NCBI GenBank assembly: GCA_024679065.1
Contig: JAGIQG010000012.1
Coordinates: forward strand, 47,244,001 to 47,308,000
Origin: Sphyrna mokarran
Taxonomy: Eukaryota
Length of the DNA stretch: 64,000 nt
Direction of reading: 5' to 3'
Below the pieces are notes generated by a model. It did no database searches and was not told the DNA's origin. It saw only the letters and a list, made by a program, of their open reading frames with translations. This document shows, piece after piece, positions 1 through 12,164 of the stretch; the first letter of the stretch is position 1; each line of letters opens with the position of its first letter. The translations under genes were made by a program, and so were the position numbers.

Positions 1-1814
1 ACCATTCACTCCCTTTTCTCATTCATTTGGCACTTAGAATTTTTATGTAAGGTTATGCTGTAAATTTTTCTTACCACTTATGTAAAAATGCTGTAGGAAC
101 ATGGATTATTTGAATTTGTTAATTAGAAAGCTACATTCCTCTAAATATAATTTCAATAGTGCACAGATGTCTATAAAATTGATATGTGAAGGTGTTGTAT
201 CACTCAATGTAAACAACTTTGAACCTTTGGTGATAAACTTTCTAAATTGGTCCTGAATTTATATTAGGCAAGTACTCCCTATTTTGGCATGGAAGTGAAA
301 AATGCAAGATTTGCAGCGAAAAGTAACCCCTCATTACAAGACCAATATCTACAGCAAATATCTGAAGTTATCATTTTGGGAAACAGTATATCAGTAATTA
401 ATGACATGATGACATAGTGTGGTGTAGCATGCTTAAGACAAACATAATGAGTATTTTTCTGAGACAGACCCTAATTGAAAATGGAAACTGAAAAGGGAAA
501 CGTAGAGGAAGCTGAGAAAGGAACAAGGACTGATACTGAGGTTGGAAATCAAAAACTTCTGATGAACTATATAAAAGGAGATGGAGCCATCATGGCTCAG
601 TTAGTAATGATTCTAGTGGATATACAGGCAGGGTGAACAAGGAAGAAGCTAAATTCAGAAGCTTAAAATAAGTAAAGATATAGTTACTTCAGATTTCTGT
701 CATTTGAAGATCGCATTGGTTAATCTAAGTCCTTTGGACTGAATTGAGAACATTCATGAGATTTGTGCCAATTTTGTTGAGACCCTACCAGGGGAACTCT
801 GGTTAGATGTGTGTTGCTGTCAGCTGGGAATCAGGTTCATTTCTAAAAAGAGTGAAGCTGAAATTCTTTGTGACGAAGGCAGAGTTTTGAAGGAATTTCT
901 GACTGAAATTGATGCTGAGTGAATCAATTCATTAGATTTCTTTTAGCTATGTTTGTAATTTAAGATGTAATTTGTAGTTTATAGTTGACCATATTTGCAT
1001 GTTAAATAATTCCTAATTTATGCTGATTCTGGACATTGGAGTACAGATAAGTATCGGATTTACTATTTGTTTGTTTGGTTTTAATAGTAAACATTCTACT
1101 GTTTTAAACCAAGCGATCATCAACAAGTAACTGGAATTATGCATTTTTTTTTAGTTATTGGTCTTTAAATGTCATCATCAGATTTTACCATCATTAATTT
1201 AACAGTTCCTAAATTCTCATCAGATTCCGTGTATTATGTATGAAATCTAATTATGGGCTATAAAGAAACCAGAAGGTAAGTAGGTTTAAACAATCTGGAA
1301 CTGTTTGTCAAAATATCATGTCTGTGGCACAATCAGTACAAGACTGTCTTGGTCATCTTTTAAAGGGGCATATGTCCAACATATATAACACTGTATGTGA
1401 TATAAAAGTGCAGACTGGCAGCAAGTACATTGTCTTGAAATAAATAATTTCAGACTGTTAAATAAAAATTTGTGAGGGGAGGTTCAGCCTGTATTCCCAT
1501 CAGACAGAATAGTGATGGAGACTGAAAATGCAGAGAGAATCGGGAAATGCCACTCTTTCCAGAGCAATTGTATTCCACTGTGGTTAACCTCATTTGAGAA
1601 GATTTGAATGAATTTAAATCTGATTAACAGGCCTACCTACCAGATATTCCTCCCTCACTGTATTTTCAAACTTCACGTCGGCAAGATTTACAAGATGTTC
1701 ACCCAGATGTGAACCTGTCGAGGCGATCCCTCCAAAGTTAAAAGGAAGTGAATACCATTGAGTACCAGCCTCCAGGGTGCAAGGCAGGTGGAGAGGAGGC
1801 TCAGGTACTGTCAC

Positions 1815-1945
1815 ACTGTGGGATGATAAGCTGAAGGTCATACATAATCTGAATGTTAAGGGTGTAGAATCCCATCTTTTTAATAAAAGACACCCCTTGA
1901 TTGTACAGGGCCCGCAGGGCAACGTGCATGTCATCTACAGTCCAG
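1815..1945 (-). pseudogene. Harbinger (HARBI1-like) DDE transposase fragment
   Basis: Minus strand reads VDDMHVALRALYNQGVSFIKKMGFYTLNIQIMYD, matching the Harbinger motif IDGTHV...FINRKGFHSLNVQLVCD. Confidence 0.7.
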
Positions 1946-2004
1946 AAACTCTGCTAATGTTCTGGGGACCTGCAGACTATAATGTTACAGTCTTAGCTAG
2001 GATG

Positions 2005-3300
2005 TAGAGAAAGATCAACTTAATGCAATGTAAGTCCATTCAAAAGTTTAACAGCAGCAGGGAAGAAGCTGTTCTTGAATCAGTTGTACGTGACCTCAGA
2101 TTTTTGTATCATTTTCCCAATGGAAGAAGGTGGAAGAGAGAATGTTCAGGGTGCATCGGGTCCTTAATAATGCTGGCTGCTTTACCGAGGCAGTGGTAAG
2201 TGTTGACAAAGTCAATGGATGGGAGGTTGGTTTGTGTGATAGATTGGGCTACATTCACAACCTGTTGTAGTTCCTTGTGGTCTTGGGCAGAGCAGGACCA
2301 TACCAAGCTGTGATACAACCAGAAAGATTGTTTTTTATAGCGTACCTATAAACATTGGTGAGAGTCGTAGCTGACAATGCCAAATTTCCTTGGTCTTCTG
2401 AGAAAGTAGAGGTGTTGGTTGGCTTTCTTAACTATAGTTACCACATGGGTGAACCGGAACAGGTGATCTGGATAACTAAAAACTTGAAGCTCTCAACCCT
2501 TTCTACTTCGTCCCTGTTGATGTAGACAAAGACATGTTCTCCTTTGTACTTCTTGAAGTTGATGACAATCTCCTTTGTTTTGTTGTCATTGAGAGAAAGG
2601 CTATTGTTACTGCACCAGTTCACCAGATTCTCTATTTCATTCCTGAACTCTGCCTCATCATTGTTTGAGATACAACTCACTACGGTGGTGTCGTCAGCAA
2701 ACTCAAAAATCAAATTGGAGGGGAATTTGGCCGCACAGTCATGATTATAAGGAGTATAGTGGGGGCTGAGAACACAGCCTTGGGGGAACTGGTGTTGAGA
2801 ATGATCGTGGAAGAGATGGTGTTGCCTACCTTGCTGAATGTGGTCTGTGAGTTAGGAAGTTCAGGATCCAGTTGCAAAGGGAGGTGCTGAGCCCTAGGCC
2901 ACAGAGTTTGGAGATGAGTTTCATGGGAATAATAGTGTTGAAGGCTGAGATGTAGTCAATAAATAGGAGTCTGATATAAATGTTTTTGTTAACTTGGTGT
3001 TCCAGAATTGAGTGCAAGGCGAGGGAGATGGCATCTGCTGAGGACCTGATGCAGCAATTAGCAAACTGCAGTGGATTGAGGTAGTCCAGGGGGCTGGAGT
3101 TGATTTATGCCATGACTAGCCTTTTGAAGCACTTCATAATGATGGACGTGAGAACCACCAAGTTATAGTCATTAAGGCACGCTGCTTGGCTTCTCTTAGG
3201 TATTGGGATGATGGTCATCTTCTTGGAGCATTCCATAATAATGGATGTCAGAACCACCAGCCAACAGCCATTAAGACACGGTGCTTGTTTTTTCTTGGAA
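2005..3300 (-). mobile_element. Rex1/Babar-like non-LTR retrotransposon, 5'-truncated, degenerate RT and 3' end
   Basis: ORF fragments [51 protein letters not shown] and FADDTTVV..NDE...WCSNNSLSLNDNKTKE are typical Rex1-clade RT; frameshifted. Confidence 0.85.
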
Positions 3301-4229
3301 TGCATGTGACATGAGCCCAGGGCAATGGCGACCCTCAATCTGAGGACTTCAGATCACCACAAGCCCCCCAAGCTACATATACGCAAGCCCCTTACCCTGC
3401 AGTGTGACAGCATCTGAGCCCCCCTTCTGTCCCCTTGAACCCTGGTGGGTGGCACTTAACTTTGGAGGGATCACCTCGACAGATTCTCATCCACGTGAAC
3501 ATTTTGTAAATCTCACTGATGTCAATGAAGTTTGAAAATACAATGAGGGGGAATCTATTAGATTTAAAATTATTTTAAATCTTCGAAAATGAAGTTAATG
3601 CCCACTGTGGGCCGCAATCACGCTGATTTTCTTTGGATTTACAGCCTGTGTCACTATTCTCTCTGACAGGGAACACATGCTGAACCTCGCCACAACATTT
3701 TACTTAACAGCACAGCAGCCAGAGAATCTACATGATAGCGACATCTTGTGCAGTTCTGACATCCCCAGGCACTTCAAAGACCAGCCCAGGCTACTGCAAT
3801 TGTAGCCACTCACTAAGACCATGTTACAACGAGACCCACATTACCATCTGGTATATCATTCAGCAGCACATCGGTCTACTAAAGATGCGGTCCCGCTGTC
3901 TGGACCATTCTGGCAGTGGCCTCCAGTACAGTCCCCTGAGGGTCCCCTGCACCATGGTGGTCTGCCTGGCAGCAGTGGTGAGATTTCCTGGAGAAGGGGA
4001 TTGTCCAGGAGAACGTAGATGACAAGACAGAATAGGAGCTGGAGGATTGAGGATAGATGGTGACAAGAGTCCGGTAGGGCAGGACGACAAAGGAGGCTGT
4101 CATCCCAGTAAGATGCTCCCATTCAGAGGCATGAGGATGAACAGGGGTTTTGTGGCTCCTCAGTTGTGTGGCACAGCCTGACCTGGCTGTTGGTCACATC
4201 TCTGTCCTTGGCTTTCGCCAAATGCTTTA

Positions 4230-4765
4230 ATACTTACTGCCTGAATGGAATAAGATGCAGTTCATCTCCACTCTTTTCCTACTCCTGGCGATTATGGGTC
4301 ATCTTCTCTGTGGAAACAACAGGGGATTGAATGTCTGATGCATGGAAGGGCATGAGGTGTCGATGGCGTATGTCAGTATTGTGCCTCAGCAAGCAGGTAT
4401 TTGTTACACAGAATGGCAGAGAGGTACGAGGGATTCAGGTGTTGGAAGGCAACAGGGTGTCCGGAGTGAATCAATGTGAATATTCCAGGTACATCACAAA
4501 GGACTGATGCCACAATGGGATGGACACTCACCCTGGTTGCCTACAGCAGATCATTCATGTTTTTTCAGTACTGGATATCGATGTTCCATGCTAGTGTGCA
4601 TGCACTCACTGCCACTGCCACCACTTCTTACGTTACATTGTTGGGCCAACACCTGGATCATCAACTGTCTCAGAGGCAGGAAGATAAGCCTCCTCCCTGC
4701 ACAGTATCTAGAAGCTGTCTGAAATCTCTCTCTGTGAACTGTGGAGCTACTCTATGTGATGCCAT
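4230..4765 (-). pseudogene. Harbinger Myb/SANT-like DNA-binding gene relic, two exons with an intron at ~4308-4531
   Basis: ATG at 4765 gives MASHRVAPQFTERDFRQLLDTVQ; later EVVAVAVSA...QY*KNMNDLL*ATR|gtgagt; acceptor tttccacag then KMTHNRQE*EKSG. Matches the Harbinger Myb/SANT pattern APRF...LL..V / QCRKKMNDL / EK.AHN.RE. Confidence 0.7.
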
Positions 4766-4994
4766 CCTCCTGGTGACTTGATGTGCATCTATCGTTAGTA
4801 CTTAAATTAATCAATCCACTGCAAAGACAGCTTGCCATTGGCCAGCTGCTGAAACTTCTCATCCCATCATTGTCAATGAGGTTTCCTTTTGAATACACTC
4901 CTTGCCATCTGGAATCCCGTAGTGAGATTGTGCCATCAGTGGAACTGGAAGATCCTACTGGCATGAATGGCCTGGAATTGTAAGAAGATTTGAT

Positions 4995-5503
4995 TTCCTT
5001 ATCTGAGGAAGGATGTTCTTGCTATAGAGAGAGTACAACAAAGGTTTCCCCTCACTGATTCCTGGAAAGGCAGGACTGACATATGAGGAGAGATTGAGTT
5101 GGTAGGATTATATTCACTGGAGTTTGGAAGAATGAAGGAGAATCTCACATCAACTATAAAATTCTAACCAGACTAGACAGGCTAGATGTCAGAAGGATGT
5201 TCCTAATGGAGGAGTCCAGAACCAGGGGTCACAGTCGAAGGATATGGGTAAACCATTTAGATGAGGAAAACTCTCTTCATCCAGAGAATGGTGAACTTGT
5301 GGAATTCTCTACAACAGAAAGCAGTGTATCCAAAACATAATAATTTTTCAAGAAAAGGTTAGATACAACTCTTGTGGCTATAGAGATCAATGGATATGGG
5401 GAAAGCGGGAACAGGCTATTGAGTTGGATGATCATCTATGATCATAATGAACGGCAAAGAAGGCTCAAATTTTGGTCAATCTGGTCCAATTTTCTATGTT
5501 TCT
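4995..5503 (+). mobile_element. CR1 LINE 3' fragment
   Basis: PYLRKD..A.E.VQ.RF...IPG..GLTYEERL-type C-terminus followed by a CR1 3' UTR ending in ttctatgtttct. Confidence 0.85.
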
Positions 5504-6002
5504 CAGGTTGTATATATTGATCATCCCTAGTTGCTCTAAAATGGTTGCAGTTGACCTTCTTCTTGAGCCACTGTAGTTTTTGTGAGGATGGATATCACTA
5601 AGATGGTACATAGAAAATTGCAAGATTTTGGCTGAATAACATAGAAGGAACTGGTCCAAATTCAAGATGCAACTGGGAGATACTCCCATTATATTTTTAT
5701 ATACATTTATATTTATATATTTGGGAGATACTCCCATTACATTTCTTACCCTTTATTATTGTTACATCACATGTCTGGACATGTTGCATGATATTGTTGT
5801 TTCCTTGTCACAAATCAAGTGTTGTATCAACTCCTTCCCAATGACCTGAAAATAGTTGAACCATGGAACAACTCTAGAAGTGAAGGTTGCTAAACATAAA
5901 GTTTTCACAGCACAAGATATTTTCAAATCATCCATAAAGACCCCTGTCATATCAATCAGTTTGTAGTCTGCACATGTTTATTACTTCTCCTTTAGGAAAT
6001 TT

Positions 6003-6570
6003 GGCTTGAATTTTACCAAGCCTTTGCAACAGGCTGGAAAGCAGGAAACCTTGAAAAATGGTGAGGAAACATGTTGAGTGCATGTCTGACAATGTCCTGA
6101 TATCATGTCATTTTGCAAGCATCAAACAAATTGACAGATTAGTCACCTTTCAGGAGATCAATTTAAGTCAAGTAAGTGTTCAATTAAGGGCCACTTTTTG
6201 CCTTTTCCTGAATTTTTGGCATTCTACGTTCCACAGAAAGCTCCTTTGAGCAATACACAATCCCATCCCACACCTGTCTGTCAGGCCCAATGTCTTCCAA
6301 CCTATTTAATCCTCTTTGAGGACACACAACCATTGTGATGTCATCTTTCTTCAGTTTCAACCTCAGCACTGGCCACGACTAACTCTTTGATTGGGTCGGT
6401 AGCTCTCGGTGATGGGCTGCCATCCTGAATTGGACAGCTGCATCAGCCCCAACTATTTAACTGATCACCATAAATATATTTTCCTGAGTCCCTCTGCTAC
6501 CTGTGGCATGGTTGCTTCCCATTTTCAGCCTGGGAATGGGACTTCTGCCATGTGTGTGAAATTCAGCTTC
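6003..6570. mobile_element. Harbinger-type non-autonomous element (MITE-like)
   Basis: Starts ggcttgaattttacc and ends gtgaaattcagct; these imperfect TIRs resemble other Harbinger-like ends in the window. Confidence 0.4.
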
Positions 6571-7119
6571 ATTGTTTCACAATTTATTGATTGTTGCTGA
6601 GGGAACAGTGTTTATGCTCATATTATTGAAGCTGGTAACTCTGTGGCTGAATGGCATTGGGAGCACAAGGCTAACCTCTGCATTCATTGCTGATCCTGCT
6701 GATCAACCCCGAACAACGGAGGAGGATCTCAATCTGTATGCCTTATGTTAATGCACATCTGTCACATCCACAATCAAGAGAAATGAAGGACAAATTCTAC
6801 AACTGTGGCTGCAGCTGGGATTCTCTGCCATCACCCTGAGTGGAGATTTGGTTGAGCACTGAATTCTCCAATTGCACTGGCAGCAGTGGCAGGGTGTGAA
6901 TAGCCAGAAAATTCTAGACCAAGCATGCAGCGTAGGCAAAATATAATAACATAGTCAAATGGCACCAATCTGACACTCTGTACTCAGATTAAGAGGAGAA
7001 CTATACATTCCAACATGTGATGCACTGTCTAAGCTTCTGGAGTGTCTACAAGCTCAACTAAATGTTGGTCTTGCAAAATCATGGTTTTAATGTTATTTGA
7101 TATGTTTACTTTAATTTAT

Positions 7120-7312
7120 TTTTTCACAGGAAATGGGTGATATTTCTTTCTCTAAAGAAGCTGTGAACCAGATGTTTTTTTGTGACAGTTGATGATAGTT
7201 TAATGGTTTTTTGAATTTAAATTCTACCAGATACCGTTGTGGAATTTGAATCCACATTCCCAGAGCCTCTGCATTATTAGTCCAGTGACATTACCACCAT
7301 ACTGCAGTTTCT
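7120..7312 (-). mobile_element. tRNA-derived SINE (internally deleted copy)
   Basis: Similar to copies at 25405 and 61185 (aattctaccag...ggaatttgaa...cccaga...tagtccagtgacattaccac); B-box-like gttcaaat on the minus strand. Confidence 0.6.
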
Positions 7313-7429
7313 CCTGCAAATGTTGCTACAATAAAAGTGCTGAACTGCCTTTTAGGTCATCATAGTTGGAAATTGGATTTGTAAGTAAGGTGAGAATTAA
7401 AGTAATATTCTGAATCAAGGCAGTTGGCA

Positions 7430-7720
7430 AACTTTTAGGTAATTGAAAGTCTGGTTAGGTCAGTGAATATGATCAATTTGGGAGACTTGATGCAGGATAG
7501 AGAAAGAGCAGGCAAGTTCTGGCTGAGCTGAGAATCAGGGATGATGAGCAGTGACAGGTTAGTAAGGAAACTATTGCAATAATCAATGCTGCAAATGAAA
7601 TGACTAAGAATGGAATAGGGAAGAGGGGTATGCTGGAGAAATTACAAAGTTTCTCTCATAGAGAAAATATGGCACTGAATTTTCAAGTCTCGCCAAGAGT
7701 GAGAATGAAGATGGGTATTT
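7430..7720 (-). mobile_element. Old L2-like LINE RT C-terminal fragment
   Basis: Minus strand gives IDYCNSFLTNL...QLSQN, resembling the L2 motif LDYCNSLL.GLP...LQL.QN. Confidence 0.5.
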
Positions 7721-8269
7721 ATCCAACATGTCAGCGCCTACTGCTGGTGTGCTTATTTCCCAATATAATTTCTGACTCCAGCATTGCTCACCATGGTATG
7801 CATAGGCTGGCCTTGTGATCCAACCTGATCCATGATAAAGTTCAGTTAAAATGGTGAAGGAGCTCATTAAGAGCTTATTAGTAGGTAATTTTTATATTTT
7901 CATGAGTATGCACTTGCAGCATGTGCCGTCTGGGACAGATCAGATGAATGCAGGTAATTGCACAGTAAGAAGTTAGTTATGGCCACCCCAGGGAAAAAGC
8001 AGTGCCCAATAAAGAGGGACTTTATCCAGTGGGGAACCGGTGCCATCAGCATTGCACGGCTGCAGGGAAGTCGATAGTAAACACTTGAACAGTCATACTG
8101 TGTCCTCACCCTTCTGGCATCATGGGCCATAAAAGCAGGGGTCAAATACAATTTGGTGGCCACTGAGGAGTAGGGAAGCATCAGAGTTCAGGCCCAATGA
8201 CAAATTGCAGTACTCTACGCAGGAAGGCAGATGTGCAAGACATCAGGAGTACAGGGGAGAGGACCAAGG

Positions 8270-9090
8270 GCCAAGAAGACCATGGAGATAACACCTTTAA
8301 TATTGGATCACCCATTGAAGACAAAGCTACCTAGAGATAATTGGGAACTAGTGCCACAGGAGACTTTGACTTTTTAAGCAGATCACAGTCACCTGTGCTG
8401 TTGCCATGGAATGCCACACACCTCGCAGCACTGGTCATCATGTCTGGCAGCAGCTGTTAAGGTCGGTATGGCTTTGAATCTTTTCACTTCTGGCTACTTT
8501 CAGTGATCAACTACAGCCTTTGGTGGCATCTTACAAATGGCAGCACACCACTGCATTGATGCCTCAAAATCAGAGCTGGACATTGTGTTCAATTCCAGAC
8601 TGACACAGCCCCACAGGCACAGAGAGTAGTGGGTTTCACCTCCATCCCTCGATTCATTAGGCACAGAGCATCATCCTTTGCATGCACACAACCATCAAGA
8701 CACCTAGTAACTGTCCAATCAGATTCATCAGCAGGGAGGGCTTTAATTCCTCAACATTTTAGTGACCATCACAAGAGCTTCCTCAATATGCGTGCTCACT
8801 TTCCTGGCAGCTTCTGTTCCAGCTCTCCAGACTATACAGCTCTTCACACTATGTCTCAAAGCCTTTGAATAGATTCTGGAGGCAAAGGATATCGCTTAAA
8901 GAGATGGCTATTCACTCTCTAAAAGATCATCAGACAGAGCACACAGACATTACAACAAAAGCGTTTTGCTTACCAGGACCACCATTGATCAGAGGATTGG
9001 GTTTCTGAAGACGTGGTTCAAATGCCTGGACTCCTTGGGTGGCACCAATCAGATGCCCTGATATGTGCGAGCACATCTGTTGTCATTGGT
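8270..9090 (+). pseudogene. Harbinger (HARBI1-like) DDE transposase relic
   Basis: Translates with stops/frameshifts to QSYLE..CHRRL, AVKVGMALNLFTSGYFQ*STTAFGGILQMAAHHCI, RAHFPGS, GKGYRLKRWLFT and TRTTIDQRIGFLKTWFKCLD, all collinear HARBI1-family motifs. Confidence 0.85.
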
Positions 9091-9829
9091 CTGGTTAGAG
9101 CCTTCTTTTCCTCTTGCTGTGACCTGTTGAGCTGATTATATCTATTCTCCCTCCTCTATCAATAACTATCTCTGTCTCTGCCACTCGTTCTGCATACTAG
9201 TGCTGTTCTCTTCACCAGGTGTCACCCTATCTAAACATGCGCCAGGATCCACAGAAGTGATTTTACCTGTGCTGATCAACATTGCAATTGTAAGGTTTGA
9301 TAGTGCTTCTTTCAAACCTTGCTGGTCACCTTGACTCAGTCGTGGTGAGGGAGAATATTTTTTGGGCTGACTTATTGGAGAAAAAAAGAAGAGGACATGA
9401 GAGCTAGCCTTGGAGAGTGGAATTCTCTGCAATAAGGCTTCCCAATTCAATTCAGAATTTGCATGGGGACAGAGTGGAGTGCAATATACGCTCCATTATC
9501 AAGCACATTGTCCTATTACATTACTATCTCCTTGAGCGTCCATTTTGCCATGGCTTACCTGCTTATGGTTTGCGATTCTGGCTATTTCCATTACTACTTC
9601 TTCTGATAATGTGAACGTAGAGGATACTTCCCTCCATTTGGACTCGTTCCTCAACATAAAAGGTGGAATTCTCCAGTCCTTTCCCATGGGAAGGTTCCTT
9701 CGGTCCCACCAAAGTCAATCCCCATTGCAGGTTTTTTGACAGTGGGATTGCCATCAACTTCAGTGGGACTGAAAGATCTAGCCACTGGCTAATTACGAAC
9801 CGTTTACACTGCAGGAAAACCAACCACAG

Positions 9830-10090
9830 ACAGTGGGGGCCTGGAGAATTCTGTTCATGTCTCTGCTTCTCCTGCAGGGACAAAATAGAGAAATATTTTG
9901 CACTATTGTCCCCCATAAACAATGGTAGCTGCTCCAATTAACCGGAAGATGTGTGTGTCAGTGTCAACATGCCCTCAGCACCCTCTCTTGCCATCTCCAG
10001 GAAGAGGATCCCCCTTCCCTCTCTCAGAGTCTTTGGCATGAACTCCAGATCTGCATCTAAAAATCTACAGGCTGCCCTGTCCCAGGTTCC
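9830..10090 (-). pseudogene. Harbinger Myb/SANT partner gene relic, convergent with the 8270-9090 transposase
   Basis: RAACRFLDADLEFMPKTLREGRGILF resembles APRFSDADLE.LL..V..RR.ILFP; acceptor ctgcag|GAGAAG at ~9872 as in the 4308 copy. Confidence 0.6.
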
Positions 10091-10286
10091 AGGCTTGTGG
10101 ACATTGTGGAATGTTGGTGTCCTGTGTTCTTTTATTGTGCACTCACAGCACGAAATAGCAGTCACAGTAATGGCCGCTGTGGTCATTTTTAAATCAGGCC
10201 TGTTGCTTAAATGGTCCCACCTCTATAATTGTCCCCTTAGTCATTAATTGACCACAACAGTTACCTGCATAACAATTAAAACAAAA

Positions 10287-10752
10287 TATAGAAACAAGAA
10301 ATAGGAGGAGCCATTCGGCCCTCCAAGCCTGTTCTGCTGTTCATTTTGATCATGGCTGATTGTCAAATTCATAGCCTTATTCCCACCCTCCCCCATGTCC
10401 CTTGATCGCTTTAGCTCCAAGAACTATATCTAGTTTCTTCTTGAAATCAGATATTTTGACCTCACTACTTTCCGTGCTAATGAATTCCACACATTCACCA
10501 CCCTCTGAATGAAGAAATTTCTCCACACCTCAGTCCTAAAAGATTTACCCCTTATCCTTGAGCTATTATCCCCCTAGTTCTTGACTCCCTCACCATCAGG
10601 AACATTTTTCCTGAATCTATCCTGTCTAATCTTATTTTATATGTTTCTATGAGATTGCCTCTCATTCTTTTAAACTCCAATGAATACAGTCCTAACTGAC
10701 TTAGTCTCTCCTCATACAACAGACTTGCCATCCTGGGAATCAGCCTAGTAAT
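10287..10752 (-). mobile_element. CR1 LINE 3' fragment
   Basis: ORF TRLIPRMASLLYEERLSQLGLYSLEFKRMRGNLIETYKI plus CR1 3' UTR with tail (atagaaac on +). Confidence 0.88.
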
Positions 10753-10925
10753 CATAAGGGAAACTTGGGGCGCATCACTGTTTCTGCCAATAAATGAAAC
10801 TGAGTCCTTGGAGTCTGAATTCAGCAGGTTAAATGCCATTTTAATATCACAAACACTTTGAGACAGTGACTAGATAGGGAAATGGAGTCAATGATTTGGG
10901 TTATAGTTGAGATTAAAAATTATAT

Positions 10926-11045
10926 GGGGTGGGATTCCAATCTCGAGTGAGATTATAAATTCCTATCCAAAGTCAATGGGTATTTCGTTGTCCGCCCCTC
11001 ACCTGCTCCGATTCCGTGGTGGGGGAGGCAGCAGAGTTCCAGTGA
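10926..11045 (+). mobile_element. ~120-bp Harbinger-type MITE
   Basis: Shares the core (aaat.cc..cc.a.gtcaatgg...ttc....tcc.cccctc.cc) with copies at 11746, 12656, 37183 and 49788. Confidence 0.5.
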
Positions 11046-11745
11046 TATCTTTAGTCTTCCCTTTGTTTTACCGAAGGAAAATGGAACTTAGTATTGAACA
11101 ACTGTCCAACAGCAGACATTCCATTGATTGAATGCATAGTACTCCCCCAACTGGTTACTTAAAGGTACCACAGAATTTGCTGCTAATGAAACTAAACATC
11201 CTGTTCATATGCATTTGCCAAGACAGTGTAGCCCTCCTAATTTAATGTGAAAACAAGACAAAATCATCTGGAGGATAGCAGAAAATGAAAACTAGATTTC
11301 CTTCAGGGCAGACAGGTGGTGTCAAGTTACTGGTTATCTTTAACATAAAAGAGAAAAGCTGCTGATGTTCTTTCTATTGTAGGAAGCTCTATTCTTTTTT
11401 TTGAAGCTTGTTTGTTGTGGCTGAGGATTTTTGAAAGACTTTTTGATGCTTTAAGTTGATTCTTTGAGACCAATCAGACTGTGAAATTAAAAATACATGG
11501 ACTGAGAAGGAAACATAAATTCAAGAATTTGAGTGGATGAATTCAATATTTAATCAGGAACAGAAGGAGAGGGAATAAATGTTTGGAATAATTTTGAGAA
11601 AGAACAAAATATTTTAAATATTTTACATGAGAGAAATTAATGGAAAAATTTGGGGAGTACTATTTGGATTTTTGCATTTAACCATGCATTTGCTTTTCAC
11701 CTAAAGTTGCTGTAATATTTGCATATAAAATGCAGTGCATCACAT

Positions 11746-11871
11746 GGAGGAAGTTTTCCCGACCTGCCTGCCACAGAAATTGTAGTGGGCAAGGGCAGAC
11801 CACTTAAAGGTCCATTGACCTTGGGCGGGATTTTCTGGTTTTGGGGTAAGTGCAGTCAAGGAATTCTACCC
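11746..11871 (-). mobile_element. ~125-bp Harbinger-type MITE
   Basis: Contains ggtccattgaccttgggcgggattttctggttttggg, the reverse complement of the 37183 copy core; imperfect TIRs. Confidence 0.7.
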
Positions 11872-11954
11872 TGTATCTCAATACCAAATTGTATTTCACA
11901 GCTTTATTGTACTGGGGTATTTATCTTAAAATAGTGCTAACATATTTAGTTGCT

Positions 11955-12150
11955 CACGAGTCAGGGTGTGTGTTACTCGCAACAGAATTCCAAGCCACTG
12001 ATCTGCTTCTGTCGTCATAATATTTAGAAAGCTGTTCCCATTCTGTTTCTGGTTAATGGTAATCCATAAGATGTTGAGATAGGACATGTAGAAGTGGTAA
12101 TGCCATTAAACATCAAGGGGAAATGGCTAGCTTCTCTTATTGGCCATTAC
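11955..12150 (-). mobile_element. CR1/L2-group LINE RT fragment
   Basis: Similar to the 21290-21640 fragment (gttactcgc...tttctggt.aatggtaa.cc..aagatgttg...gtaatgccatt.aa..tcaagggga). Confidence 0.6.
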
Positions 12151-12164
12151 CTAATTTGATGAAG

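Larger units (their letters stand above)
1470..3695. mobile_element. PIF/Harbinger-type element with long (~300-350 bp) imperfect inverted termini, interrupted by a Rex1-like LINE
   Basis: The reverse complement of ~1470-1830 matches ~3400-3695 (e.g. taactttggagggatc.cctcgacag, gaagtttgaaaataca.tgaggg, tcactattct.tctga..ggaa.aca.gctgaacctc). A transposase relic lies inside. Confidence 0.65.

Noticed and set aside
380-1230. Solo LTR (TATA-like tatataaaag at ~568)
   Set aside because: Composition is suggestive, but I could not define TG...CA ends, a TSD or a second copy.
6730-6945. RTE-like endonuclease relic (EMKDKFY..., VGK)
   Set aside because: Only two short motif resemblances; too degenerate to call without a profile search.
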